Shown: one piece after another, positions 10,301-19,471 of the stretch
Numbering within the stretch: position 1 is the first letter of the stretch
Layout: every line of letters begins with the position of its first letter
Assembly: GCA_041615815.1 (NCBI GenBank)
Contig: JBFJCP010000011.1
Location: 1-64,000 of the forward strand
Direction of reading: 5' to 3'
Source: Gemmatimonadales bacterium
GTDB taxonomy: Bacteria; Gemmatimonadota; Gemmatimonadetes; Gemmatimonadales; GWC2-71-9
DNA length: 64,000 nt
The notes under the pieces: model-generated
Told to the model about the DNA's origin: nothing
What the model saw: the letters and a program-made list of their open reading frames with translations, nothing else
Database searches by the model: none
Position numbers and translations under genes: made by a program

Positions 10301-11080
10301 AAACTCTTCGCCGATGCCCAAGCAATGCTCGATCGGATCATCGGCGAAGGGCTCATCACGGCACACGCGGTGTTCGGTCTCTTCCCCGCCAATGCAGTGG
10401 GCGATGACATCGAGGTATACGAGGACGAGCAACGCGACCGGGTCATCGCCGTTCTCCACCATCTCCGCCAACAGTCCGCCAAACCACCAGGCCGACCAAA
10501 TACCTGCCTGAGCGACTTCGTCGCCCCCCGGGAGAGCGGGATCCCCGACTACGTTGGTGGATTTGCTGTGACGGCGGGGCTGGGCGTCACCGAGCTCGCC
10601 ACCGCCTTCGAGCGAGAACACGACGATTACAATAGCATACTCGTCAAAGCACTGGCGGATCGGCTGGCCGAAGCGTTTGCAGAACGTTTGCACGAACGGG
10701 TACGTCACGAGTTCTGGGGATATGCCGCCGACGAATCTCTCGCCAATGACGACCTCATCAAGGAGCGGTATACGGGCATTCGGCCGGCCCCCGGCTACCC
10801 AGCATGCCCCGATCACAGTGAGAAGAGCACTCTCTTTACACTGCTCGACGTCTCGAGACATACCGGGATCACGTTGACCGAATCCTACGCGATGACGCCG
10901 GCCGCGTCTGTGAGCGGATGGTTCGTGGGGCATCCGGGCGCCTACTACTTCGGTGTGGGCAAGATCGATCGAGACCAGGTGGTGAGTTACGCCACACGTA
11001 AGGGAGTGGACGTTGCCGTCGTGGAGCGATGGCTCGCCACCAACCTGGCCTACGAACCGCGGCAGGCGGTCACGACATGA
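7361..11080 (+). CDS. metH: Cobalamin-dependent methionine synthase
   Basis: GGAGG SD before ATG 7361; [37 protein letters not shown] (B12 binding), [12 protein letters not shown]. Confidence 0.98.
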   Translation: MVKNSNKRISLLRQALQQRILVLDGAMGTMIQEYDLSEEDFRGEVFADHSTPLQGDNDVLSLTRPDVVEAIHRAYLKAGADILETNTFNATAVSQADYDLEGAVTDINVAAARIARRVADDVSAQTPGRPRFVAGVLGPTNRTCSISPDVNNPGFRNITFDELAAAYTEQTEALLDGGVDLLLVETVFDTLNAKAAIFAIRQVLKRRADATPVMVSGTITDASGRTLSGQTAEAFWISVSHAEPLSVGLNCALGARDLRPHIEELAQVADTLVSCHPNAGLPNEFGQYDQAPDEMAGILGEFAESGFLNIVGGCCGTTPDHITAIANAVADVAPRTIPTLDPFIRLSGLEPLVVRPETLFVNIGERTNVTGSARFARLIREDDYETALEVAREQVANGAQMIDVNMDEGMLDSKAAMTTFLNLVAAEPDISRVPIVVDSSKWEVIEAGLKCLQGKGIVNSISLKEGEHAFVEQAQRVREYGAAVIVMAFDESGQADTAARKLQIAKRAYQILTERVGFPPSDIIFDPNIFAVGTGIEEHNEYAVAFIDACRAIKEAMPHTHVSGGVSNISFAFRGNNAVREAMHSAFLYHAIHAGMDMGIVNAGALPVYDDIPDELRTCVEDLLFNRRSDATERLTTMAESIQGTPKADRDDLAWREQPVAKRLEHALVEGILDFIEADTEEARQGCERPIEVIEGPLMDGMNVVGDLFGSGKMFLPQVVKSARVMKKAVAYLVPFIERDRVASGEVARSKGKIVMATVKGDVHDIGKNIVGVVLGCNNYEVVDLGVMVPSVKILETARAHGADIIGLSGLITPSLDEMVHVAREMKRERFQLPLLIGGATTSRAHTAVKIAPEYPGPVIHVLDASRSVPVVGSLLSDDRRDALIEQIASEYESLRKRHAGRTAQVRLVPIEAARRARFPFARDGYRPVQPAKLGIHVLRDYPLAELREYIDWTPFFQVWELAGRYPRILDDDTVGEQARKLFADAQAMLDRIIGEGLITAHAVFGLFPANAVGDDIEVYEDEQRDRVIAVLHHLRQQSAKPPGRPNTCLSDFVAPRESGIPDYVGGFAVTAGLGVTELATAFEREHDDYNSILVKALADRLAEAFAERLHERVRHEFWGYAADESLANDDLIKERYTGIRPAPGYPACPDHSEKSTLFTLLDVSRHTGITLTESYAMTPAASVSGWFVGHPGAYYFGVGKIDRDQVVSYATRKGVDVAVVERWLATNLAYEPRQAVTT

Positions 11081-12918
11081 GTGGGGCGCGGCTGCGGGAA
11101 CTTCTGGCTGACGGACGGGTCCACGTGCTAGATGGGGCGATGGGCACGATGCTCTATGCGCGGGGCGTGTTCGTCAACGTCTGCTACGATGAACTCAACC
11201 TCACGCATCCGACGCTGATTCGCGAGGTTCACGAAGCCTACATCCGTGCTGGTGCGGAGATCATCGAGACCAACACGTTCGGGGCAAATCCGGTGAAACT
11301 GTCCAGTTTCGGATTGGCCGAACAAACCGAAGAAATCAACTGTGCCGCCGCCCGAATGGCCCGGCAGGCCGGAAATGGGCGCGCGGCCGTGCTCGGTGCG
11401 ATCGGCCCCCTGGGAGTCCGGATCGAGCCCTTCGGTCCCACGGGCCGGTATGAAGCCAAGGAGTTCTTTCGGCGCCAGGCTGAGGGCCTGTTGGCCGGTG
11501 GCCTGGATGGATTCATGCTCGAGACGTTCAGCGATCTCGAAGAGCTGCACGCGGCATTCCATGCCGTCCGTTCGGTGTCCGATCTCCCGGTCTTCGCGCA
11601 GATGACCATCGGACCGGACGGCAATACGACCTACGGGACCGCCGTGGAGACCCTGGTCGAGCAAATTGATGGTTGGGACGCCGAGGTGGTGGGGTTCAAC
11701 TGCTCAGTGGGTCCGGCCGCGATGCTCGATGCGCTCGAGCGCGTCTCTCACCTGACGGATCGCCCCTTCTCCGTCCTCCCCAATGCCGGCCTCCCGAAAG
11801 CCGTGGGCGACCGCAAAATCTATCTCGCCAGTCCCGACTACATGGCGAACTACGCCCGTCGAATGATCAACGCCGGCGCGCGATTCGTCGGTGGGTGTTG
11901 CGGCACCACACCCGAGCACATTCAGACCATTCGGGACATGGTGACGACGACCCTGCCGCGTCGGACCTCGAAGCCGGTGCACCAGCCGACTGAGATCGAA
12001 GACCGGGCTGTCGATCCCATTCCGCTCGCGCAGCGCTCGCCGTGGGGACGAAAAATCGCGGCCGGTAACTTCGTGACCGCGGTGGAGCTCATCCCGCCCA
12101 GGGGATGGATTCCCACAAAGCTCATCGAGCAGTGTCTGACACTCAAGGCCGCCGGAATCGACGCCGTGCACGTCTTGGATGGCCCCCGCGCCTCCGGACG
12201 GATGGGATCGATTCCCTCATCCATCATCGTCTCGCGCGACGTGGGATTGGAGACGGTGGTCCACTACTCTTGTCGCGAACGCAACATGCACGGCATGGTG
12301 AGCGACCTGTTGGGCGCGGCCGCGGCGGGCGTACGGAATCTCGTCATTGTCACCGGCGATCCGCCAAAAACCGATCCGTACCCCGACGCCACGGTCGTGT
12401 TCGACATCGATAGCATCGGGCTCGCGAACATCGTATCCCGTCTCAATCAAGGACTGGATCCCGGCGGCAACCCCATTGGCGATCCCACACGGTACGTCGT
12501 CGGTGTGGACGTGAATCCCGGGGCGGTCGATCTCGAGCGGGAACTGAGCCGCTTCGCCTGGAAGGTGGATGCGGGCGCCGATTTCGCCGTCACCGCGCCG
12601 ATCTTTGACCCGGGGATCCTCGAGCGGTTCCTTCGGAAGACCGAGGAGTTTCGATTGCCGATGATCTTGGGGATTTGGCCGCTCGTCTCGTTGAGGAATG
12701 CGGAGTTTCTCGCCAACGAGGTCCCCGGCATCCACGTACCAGAGTCCATCCTGACGCGGATGCGGGCGGCGGAAGAGAGAGGGAAGCAGGCGGCGGTGGA
12801 CGAGGGAGTGACGATCGCGCGCGAGATTTTCGGGAGCCTACGGGGTGCCATGCAGGGGGTCCAGGTCAGCGCCCCTTCGGGCCGGGTCGACGCCGCCGTT
12901 GCGGTGCTCCAACAGTGA
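11077..12918 (+). CDS. yitJ: Bifunctional homocysteine S-methyltransferase / methylenetetrahydrofolate reductase (YitJ-like)
   Basis: ATGA overlap with metH; N-terminal DGAMGT, GFNCS, GGCCG; C-terminal MTHFR barrel VELIPP, HYSCR, VTGDPP. Confidence 0.9.
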   Translation: MSGARLRELLADGRVHVLDGAMGTMLYARGVFVNVCYDELNLTHPTLIREVHEAYIRAGAEIIETNTFGANPVKLSSFGLAEQTEEINCAAARMARQAGNGRAAVLGAIGPLGVRIEPFGPTGRYEAKEFFRRQAEGLLAGGLDGFMLETFSDLEELHAAFHAVRSVSDLPVFAQMTIGPDGNTTYGTAVETLVEQIDGWDAEVVGFNCSVGPAAMLDALERVSHLTDRPFSVLPNAGLPKAVGDRKIYLASPDYMANYARRMINAGARFVGGCCGTTPEHIQTIRDMVTTTLPRRTSKPVHQPTEIEDRAVDPIPLAQRSPWGRKIAAGNFVTAVELIPPRGWIPTKLIEQCLTLKAAGIDAVHVLDGPRASGRMGSIPSSIIVSRDVGLETVVHYSCRERNMHGMVSDLLGAAAAGVRNLVIVTGDPPKTDPYPDATVVFDIDSIGLANIVSRLNQGLDPGGNPIGDPTRYVVGVDVNPGAVDLERELSRFAWKVDAGADFAVTAPIFDPGILERFLRKTEEFRLPMILGIWPLVSLRNAEFLANEVPGIHVPESILTRMRAAEERGKQAAVDEGVTIAREIFGSLRGAMQGVQVSAPSGRVDAAVAVLQQ

Positions 12919-12934
12919 CCCGGACCGAGGCGAC

Positions 12935-13804
12935 CTAGCTTTCAAGCACCTCGCGAAGGCGGCGATAGCGCTCCGTCGCGTCCTGCACACCCAGATTACT
13001 CACATAGACATGACGCACACCGAGGTCCCGCAGTCCACGGATCGTGCGTGCGCAAATCTCCTCCGCAGTCATCCCGGCCTCGAAGTCGCGGGTAATACCC
13101 TCCGCAGGGACCGGGAAGAACCGTCCGAGGCGCTCCAAAGTCCGCGGGTTGGCACTGCGGTAGAGGAATACCCCGAATACCGCCGGATAGGCTACCTCTC
13201 GGCGGCTGGCCTCGTCGAGAAACGCCTCCACCTGCCTCAGATGGTGATGTGATACGATCTGTGTCAGATAGAAATCCGCGGTGAATTCGGACCGCAGGAG
13301 AAACCCCACCTGCTCGCTCGGATCCCGGTGCGGGTTTGCCCATCCGCCAAGCTGGAGCGACGGGATGCGCTGCCGGATCATCTGCCGTAACTGAAAGGCG
13401 TTGCGTACGCACCGCGGTGGCCCCACAGATCGATCACCCCCCAGGACCGTCACCGCCTGGAAATCGTGCGACGCCGCCCGGGCGGCGTACATCAGGCAGT
13501 ACTCCAGGGTGTGCTTGCATGTCAGAAACGGCACGACTTTCGCAGGATCTACTTCGCCGGCGAGATTCGCGGTGAGATGGTTGAGGTTTTCCTCCTCGGA
13601 CTCCCCCACGGCATTGTCCGTCACGAAGATGACCGTGTCCTGACTCGCCAGCCGCCGTACTACGTGATACATATCGATCCAGAGATCCATGCTCTGGGCG
13701 TGGGAGAGGCCTGCCCGCGGTGGGCGGAGCTCGACGGCCAGAAGAGGGCGGTCGGCGCGAAGTCGATCGAGGAGTGTCGGACCCTGGTGGACGTGGGACG
13801 CCAT
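12935..13804 (-). CDS. Stand-alone methylenetetrahydrofolate reductase-like flavoprotein (divergent)
   Basis: AVELRPP, VTD, FLTCK, LGGD, ANP, YLTQI correspond to MetF-family motifs; start may be 13810. Confidence 0.65.
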   Translation of the reverse strand: MASHVHQGPTLLDRLRADRPLLAVELRPPRAGLSHAQSMDLWIDMYHVVRRLASQDTVIFVTDNAVGESEEENLNHLTANLAGEVDPAKVVPFLTCKHTLEYCLMYAARAASHDFQAVTVLGGDRSVGPPRCVRNAFQLRQMIRQRIPSLQLGGWANPHRDPSEQVGFLLRSEFTADFYLTQIVSHHHLRQVEAFLDEASRREVAYPAVFGVFLYRSANPRTLERLGRFFPVPAEGITRDFEAGMTAEEICARTIRGLRDLGVRHVYVSNLGVQDATERYRRLREVLES

Positions 13805-13982
13805 GAGCACCGGCCAAGTTACCCCATCGCGGATGCGGAATCTACGCCCTGGCGGGCCGAGTCACCGCCGGTGGCCAATTGCGAAAGGGGACGATACCAA
13901 GTGCGGTATCTCCAATCGGAGTAGAGAGCCCATACGACCAGTAGCAACCTGCGTAGAGGAAAAGGACAGGCAGTAGGCAGCC

Positions 13983-14492
13983 ATGCAGTCGATTCGGTAC
14001 TACCTCGCGGCAGTCACCATGTTGGCGGTGGTGGGTTGCGCCGCCACAGACATCTTCGAGCCGGAATGGCCCGAGCTTCCTTCAGGCGCCGCCGCCGTCC
14101 AATACGCCGTGTTGGATGAAGTACACACCACCGTGATCAGCAACATCCCGGACCGTCGACGGGTTGTGATTCGTACGCAGCAAGCGTGGGCGAGTTTCTG
14201 GAATGAGTTCACCGACAACCTCTCCTCGCCTCCTGATCAACCCAACATCGATTTCGACCAGCAGATGGTGATTGCGGCCACCATGGGGCAGCGCAACACC
14301 GGCGGTTACACGATTTCGATCGACGGGATCTTTCTCGACAACGATGAGTTGATCGTGCGCGTCCTGGAGACGATGCCCGGAGCTGGGTGTCTCACGATCC
14401 AGGCTGTCACGGCACCGGCGACCGCGGTCGTATTGGACGCCGTCGGCACCGATCCGGAATTCGTCGAGGGAACGGCAGCCACGAGGTGCTAG
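13983..14492 (+). CDS. Lipoprotein with PrcB C-terminal-like domain
   Basis: VVGC lipobox; IDFDQQMVIAATMGQRNTGGYTISI motif. Confidence 0.75.
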   Translation: MQSIRYYLAAVTMLAVVGCAATDIFEPEWPELPSGAAAVQYAVLDEVHTTVISNIPDRRRVVIRTQQAWASFWNEFTDNLSSPPDQPNIDFDQQMVIAATMGQRNTGGYTISIDGIFLDNDELIVRVLETMPGAGCLTIQAVTAPATAVVLDAVGTDPEFVEGTAATRC

Positions 14493-14493
14493 A

Positions 14494-14545
14494 CGGGTGA
14501 GCAGTGAACGGTGAGAGGTGAGGCGGGGGAACCGGGTACGGGAAG
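14494..14545. repeat. Degenerate heptamer tandem repeat between convergent genes
   Basis: CGGGTGA GCAGTGA ACGGTGA GAGGTGA followed by further G-rich 7-mers. Confidence 0.55.
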
Positions 14546-14592
14546 TCCATGCGTCCGCCTCATCTCATGCTAATCCTTACCACTCATTCCCC

Positions 14593-15927
14593 TCACAGTC
14601 GACCCCGCCGCTTCAAATCCATATAGCGATCCACCACCGCCGCGCTGGCGCGAGCGGGAGGAACATCGAGCACGATGGCGCCCGCCCGCCGCATTTGGGC
14701 AAGCGCGTCCTCGCGCGCGGCCAGGAGCTCTTCTGCTGCCGCCTTGCGATAGGCGTCCTCCGGCACCCGGGGCCGGGCTGTAGCCACCGTATCGAGGTCG
14801 GGGTTTCGGAGGGTGACCACCAGCGGGAGATGTCGCCGCTTGAGAGACGACACGTTCGCCACCAGCGCCTCGGACGCCAGGCGATCGATGACATCGGTGA
14901 AGAAGACCGTGAGCGCCCGCTTGCGGTTGCGAATCGCCAGGTAGCGAAACGCGGAAGGATAGTCGGGCTCGACGAGACGTGGCTCGATAACCGCCAGGAC
15001 ATCGAGGACCTGTCGGAGGCCGCGGCGGCCCCGCTGGGGGGTGACGTAATGTTGCACGCGGGCATCGAACGCCATCACCCCAACATTGTCATCGTGATGG
15101 TGCGCAGCGAAGGCCAGCCATAAGGCCGCTCGCACCACGTGCTCCAACCGCGGCTCACCCGCAATCTCAGCCGTGAGCAAGCGACCGGTGTCCAGTACCA
15201 GGAGCACTTGCTGTCGTCGCTCTTCCTCGTACTGGCGCACAATCGTTTTCGACCGCCTGGCCGTGGCCTTCCAATCGATGTGTCGCGTATCGTCTCCCGG
15301 CACCCACTCGCGCAGGCTCTCGAACTGCCGACCCTCACCTGGCCGTCGCATCGGCCTGAGCCCCGATTCCCGTCGGCGTGCCGCCTCGGCAATCGACGCT
15401 TTCAGCCGCGAAGCGGGGAGGTTGGGATAGACGGTAATCGTCCACGGGAGTTCGATCTTCCCTTGGCGGTATGCCAACCGCAACGGCCCGCGGCTGCGAA
15501 CAGCAAACCACCCGGCGCGTTCTCGGCCGCGCGCCTGCGGCGTCACGGTGCGCGTCTCCGTCATTTCCCCACGGGCGGGGACGATCAACGGTCGCGGCGG
15601 CTGCGTGCCTCCGAGGAGGCTGGGCAACGTCTCCCGCACGGTCAGCTGTGCCCGTCGGTCGGTTTCATTCGTCCACCGGTACCGCACGTCCGTCCCCCGG
15701 CCCACGGAGAAGCTCTCGGGACCGAGACGCTCGAGTTGAAGGCGTTTCGGTGAAGCTGCAATGACGAAGTCCACGACGACGCAGCCGACGACCACCACGT
15801 TGAGCGCCAGTACCACATCCAACGCCCAAGACGTCACGAAGCCGAGGAGCGCGACCGGTGCCACCAGCGCTAGCGCTCCCACCGCCCGGCCGGTGGGTAC
15901 GAGCCGCTCGCCACCGATCGCTATCAT
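14593..15927 (-). CDS. DUF58 domain protein (MoxR-associated, vWA-like)
   Basis: FESLREWVPGDDTRHIDWKATAR, VRQYEEER, LVLDTGR. Confidence 0.92.
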   Translation of the reverse strand: MIAIGGERLVPTGRAVGALALVAPVALLGFVTSWALDVVLALNVVVVGCVVVDFVIAASPKRLQLERLGPESFSVGRGTDVRYRWTNETDRRAQLTVRETLPSLLGGTQPPRPLIVPARGEMTETRTVTPQARGRERAGWFAVRSRGPLRLAYRQGKIELPWTITVYPNLPASRLKASIAEAARRRESGLRPMRRPGEGRQFESLREWVPGDDTRHIDWKATARRSKTIVRQYEEERRQQVLLVLDTGRLLTAEIAGEPRLEHVVRAALWLAFAAHHHDDNVGVMAFDARVQHYVTPQRGRRGLRQVLDVLAVIEPRLVEPDYPSAFRYLAIRNRKRALTVFFTDVIDRLASEALVANVSSLKRRHLPLVVTLRNPDLDTVATARPRVPEDAYRKAAAEELLAAREDALAQMRRAGAIVLDVPPARASAAVVDRYMDLKRRGRL

Positions 15928-16877
15928 GCCGTCGGAACTTCTGTCTGTTCCAGGATGGCACTCAGCGCCACGTCCGGGGTCACGCCCTCCAGTTCCAGTT
16001 CCGGAGCGACGGCAACTCGGTGTCGAAGGACTGCAGGCACAAGCTCCTTCACGTCATCGGGAATGACGAAGTCTCGGCCCTCGAGAAGCGCGAGCGCCTG
16101 ACTGGTCTTGAGGAGCGCGACGCCGGAGCGAGGGCTCGCCCCGAGTGTGAGAGACGCGGCTTCTCGTGTTGCCCTGACTACCGCCGTGATGTACGCGAGG
16201 ATGCGAGGCTCCACTCGGACGGAACGCACCGACGCCTGCATCGCCCCCACACCGCCAGCATCGAGCACCGGTTCGACGCCATACGTGTCTGGCAGATCGG
16301 CTTCGAACCCTTCGAGGTACCGGTCGAGAATCTCCTGCTCCACCGCCGCGGGTGGGTAATCCATCGTGGCTTTGAGCATGAACCGATCGAGTTCGGCCTC
16401 AGGCAACGGATACGTTCCTTCGAATTCGATCGGATTCTGCGTGGCAAACACCGTGAAGGTCGGCGGTAGCGGATGGCTCACGCCATCGACCGTCACGGTT
16501 CGCTCTTGCATCGCTTCCAACAGCGCTGCCTGGGTCTTGGCCGGCGCCCGGTTGATCTCATCAGCGAGAATCAGATCGTGAAAGATGGGGCCGGGTCGAA
16601 AGACGAATTCGCGACCGGTCAGCACCGAGATGCCCGTGATATCTCCCGGCATGAGATCCGGCGTGAACTGAATACGGGCATACGAGACGTTCAAGGCACG
16701 CGCGAGCGCGCGGACCAGGAGGGTCTTGGCAGTACCGGGAACGCCCTCGAGCAAGACATGTCCTCGCGCCAAGAGAGCAACGACACAGTTTCGTGTTGGC
16801 TCATCCTGGCCGAGCACCACGTGCCGGACGGCGCTCAGAATCCGCTTGGCTTGCTCTCGTGCGTCAAGGCTTCCCAC
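15924..16877 (-). CDS. moxR: MoxR family AAA+ ATPase
   Basis: LLEGVPGTAKT, RIQFTPDLMPGDI, LADEINRAPAKTQAALLEAMQE, ATQNPIEFEGTYPLPEAELDRF. Confidence 0.96.
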   Translation of the reverse strand: MGSLDAREQAKRILSAVRHVVLGQDEPTRNCVVALLARGHVLLEGVPGTAKTLLVRALARALNVSYARIQFTPDLMPGDITGISVLTGREFVFRPGPIFHDLILADEINRAPAKTQAALLEAMQERTVTVDGVSHPLPPTFTVFATQNPIEFEGTYPLPEAELDRFMLKATMDYPPAAVEQEILDRYLEGFEADLPDTYGVEPVLDAGGVGAMQASVRSVRVEPRILAYITAVVRATREAASLTLGASPRSGVALLKTSQALALLEGRDFVIPDDVKELVPAVLRHRVAVAPELELEGVTPDVALSAILEQTEVPTA

Positions 16878-18088
16878 ACGTCCTCCACAGCTGAGGCGGC
16901 ACTCTGCACGCGTTCATCGCCGCCGCCGTGATGCAGCGTTTGACGGAGCCGCTCGACGGCTTTGTGAGTCTGGGTACTGCGGGCACCCAGTTCCAGCGCC
17001 GCGAGCCATTGGTCGATATCCCCGTCCTGGCGACGAACCACACCGTCACGGGGGCTCAGTCTTCTGCGAAGCCCCTTGACCACGAGCTCCGTCGCCGTAT
17101 CCGTCGCCCCGGCGCGTTCCAACCCCACGGCCAGAGCATCGAGGTGCTCCATTGGCGAGCGGCGGGTACGCGCTACCACGCGCTGCGCAGGACCAAATCG
17201 CACCGTCATAGCCAGGAGTCCCAAGAGACCCGCGACGACAAGTTGAATCATGGCCCACCCCGCGGGTGAGTGCTGCATCCACCGCCACGCAGCGGTGAAG
17301 ATCGACGTCCGGCGCCCGAAACCCTGGTGGTACTCGTCGAACACGACCGAACTCGGACGCGACTCGAGGAGCCATGGGACGATCACGAGTCCAGCATCGG
17401 TTTCCTTGAGATCCTGGTTGGACACCAGCTGAGCGTCTGACAGCATGGTCACCGTTCCGCTTCCGGCAAACGCGAGGCGCCACGCCGCTGGCCGTCCCGC
17501 GTCCACCGTCAGGAGCGTGTCCACACGCAGCGGACGCAGCATCCCGCACTCATCTTCGCGTCTCAAGCGATCCACGTCCCGGCGTGCACGATCGGGATCC
17601 TCCCAGAGGAAACGCAGCATGGCGTCCGGCCGGCGAACTTGCCGACCGCCAGGCACGGTCAGCATCGATGGCGTCGGGTCCGCCGCGTCGATGTCCACCA
17701 CCACGACGCCAAAGCATCGCTCGACACCACCCCGACCTGCCACAAACATGTCCCCGCCACGGGCCACGAAGGTCTGGAGGCCTCGTGCCTCCGTCGGGGT
17801 GAGCGGTAAGACGTTCTCCACGTCCAGCAATACCGGCAGTGCAGTCGACGGAAGCGACGCGGTATCAGCGTCGAGCCCGAACCACGCCCGCTGACGGGCC
17901 TCGACCGGGACGTCCAACGCCTCGAGAACGTCAGCAAGGCCCTTGGCGCCGGAGGGTCCCACGAGGCGAATCGAGTGCCGGGTATCAAGCAACTCCTCGT
18001 CTCTCACCACCCGCTGGCTTACCACCGCGCCAAAGAGAAGGGCCACGACGATGGCCGCGACCATGACCACCAGCTCGGGACGACGCAC
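16835..18088 (-). CDS. DUF4350 domain membrane-anchored protein
   Basis: N-terminal TM, GPSGAKGL, VVFDEYHQG, TM followed by RFGP; typical MoxR-cluster position. Confidence 0.78.
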   Translation of the reverse strand: MRRPELVVMVAAIVVALLFGAVVSQRVVRDEELLDTRHSIRLVGPSGAKGLADVLEALDVPVEARQRAWFGLDADTASLPSTALPVLLDVENVLPLTPTEARGLQTFVARGGDMFVAGRGGVERCFGVVVVDIDAADPTPSMLTVPGGRQVRRPDAMLRFLWEDPDRARRDVDRLRREDECGMLRPLRVDTLLTVDAGRPAAWRLAFAGSGTVTMLSDAQLVSNQDLKETDAGLVIVPWLLESRPSSVVFDEYHQGFGRRTSIFTAAWRWMQHSPAGWAMIQLVVAGLLGLLAMTVRFGPAQRVVARTRRSPMEHLDALAVGLERAGATDTATELVVKGLRRRLSPRDGVVRRQDGDIDQWLAALELGARSTQTHKAVERLRQTLHHGGGDERVQSAASAVEDVWEALTHESKPSGF

Positions 18089-18697
18089 TCAGCCCCCGAG
18101 CTCCCCCGCAAGGCGATCGAACCGCTCCACATCCGACAACTCGCAGCGGGTTCCGCCGAACAGATGGGTGTACAGGGTGGCGACCAGCTCCGAAAGGGGA
18201 CCACGCATCGCTTCGTTGAGCTCGGGGTCCCGCACGTACTCCGCCGGGGTTTTCGAGGGGTGAAACACCACGATCGCCCGAGCATCGAGCCGGAGCACGA
18301 GCGCGAGAAAGCGATGGGCCATAGCATCCGCGTAGCGCTTGCGCGCGACCTGGCGCCGTGCTTGTTCCAAGTGCCAATTGGCGTCGCGAATCTCGACGGC
18401 AGTTACCGCATCCTGCCTGCCGGTCTCGAGGCGTGGGCGGAGCGCGCGCCACGCCAGGGAGGTGAGGTGGATCAGCAGCCCTGCCAAGAGTGCCGTCATC
18501 ATTATCAACACGACCACGTAGCCGATCGGGTGCGCGGCTTCGAGCTCGGTGAGCCAAAGGAGGAGGCGGTCCCACAAGTCCCGAAGGAACGCAAGTGGGT
18601 CGGGCGGTTGGTCCCACTGGTATTCGGGCGCGTCGAACACCGCGCGGAGAACGGCCCTCAGCGAATCCGGCGGCGGCGCTTGGGACTCGAGATTCAC
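18089..18697 (-). CDS. DUF4129 domain protein
   Basis: TM segment, then YADAMAHRFLALV..LD...HPSKTPAEY...LFGG; typical cluster position. Confidence 0.75.
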   Translation of the reverse strand: MNLESQAPPPDSLRAVLRAVFDAPEYQWDQPPDPLAFLRDLWDRLLLWLTELEAAHPIGYVVVLIMMTALLAGLLIHLTSLAWRALRPRLETGRQDAVTAVEIRDANWHLEQARRQVARKRYADAMAHRFLALVLRLDARAIVVFHPSKTPAEYVRDPELNEAMRGPLSELVATLYTHLFGGTRCELSDVERFDRLAGELGG

Positions 18698-19440
18698 GTG
18701 GAGACCGGTTCCCTCCCCAACCCCAGTTGGCGGCTCAGATGTTCGAGGTCGAAAGCCTCCTTACGCACGCGTAGATCATAGTAGAACAATGTGAAGGCAC
18801 ACCCGAAGATCGGATAAACCAGAAGTGGAACCAGCGCCATCAGTCCCGTGGTCAACGGCACAAATGCCGCGACGGCGCCGACCACGATCGATGGAATTGC
18901 CAAAAGGAGAAAGAGCAAAACACCGAGAAAGAAAGCCTTCCATTTGAAGCCGCGCGTGAGCTGCCACGATCGTCCCAGAGCGTCGGTCGAGGCATCGAGA
19001 TCCTCGAGCACGACCGCTTGCACGACCACAGCATATCCGCAGGCAACCACGAGACCGGGAATGACGAATAACAAGAACGCGAGCACCATGAGAATCCACT
19101 TAGCGATCCCGGCAATGAGAATCTGCCACATCTTGCCGGCGGCGAAGTGCAGCGCATCGTTCAGGGCCGGCTCGCGCCCGAGGTACGCATCGGACACGAC
19201 CTTGACGGTGGCCCCGGCGGCGATCAATCCGCCGATGGCGCTCAGCACTCGCGAGAGGAACGCCGGGCCGACGGCAAAGAAGAAGCCGCCGCGCGTTTCG
19301 ACGTAGACGTCGAGGAGCGCCGGGATGCCATAGCAGATGGCCGCGATCCCGAATAACGTGCCAAAATGCCTTCGGTACACGGCAAAGGCACCATCGAGAA
19401 TCTCTCCGAAGGACATCGCACGGATCTGGAACGTGGTCAT
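18694..19440 (-). CDS. Integral membrane protein (glycerophosphoryl diester phosphodiesterase membrane-domain-like)
   Basis: RAMSFGEILDGAF, ALGRSWQL, LFYYDLRVRKEAFDL; GGAGG SD. Confidence 0.75.
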   Translation of the reverse strand: MTTFQIRAMSFGEILDGAFAVYRRHFGTLFGIAAICYGIPALLDVYVETRGGFFFAVGPAFLSRVLSAIGGLIAAGATVKVVSDAYLGREPALNDALHFAAGKMWQILIAGIAKWILMVLAFLLFVIPGLVVACGYAVVVQAVVLEDLDASTDALGRSWQLTRGFKWKAFFLGVLLFLLLAIPSIVVGAVAAFVPLTTGLMALVPLLVYPIFGCAFTLFYYDLRVRKEAFDLEHLSRQLGLGREPVST

Positions 19441-19471
19441 ATGACCTCCCGGGCGGTAAAATGCGCATCAA

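Noticed and set aside
9782..10933. Long antisense and alternative-frame ORFs here and elsewhere (e.g. 41752-42936, 57059-58267, 7406-8323)
   Set aside because: Shadows of well-supported genes, expected with high-GC codon bias; no recognisable motifs
13811..13982. Possible SAH or SAM riboswitch upstream of the stand-alone MTHFR-like gene
   Set aside because: No recognisable consensus on the minus strand; only a short GATACC/GGTATC dyad
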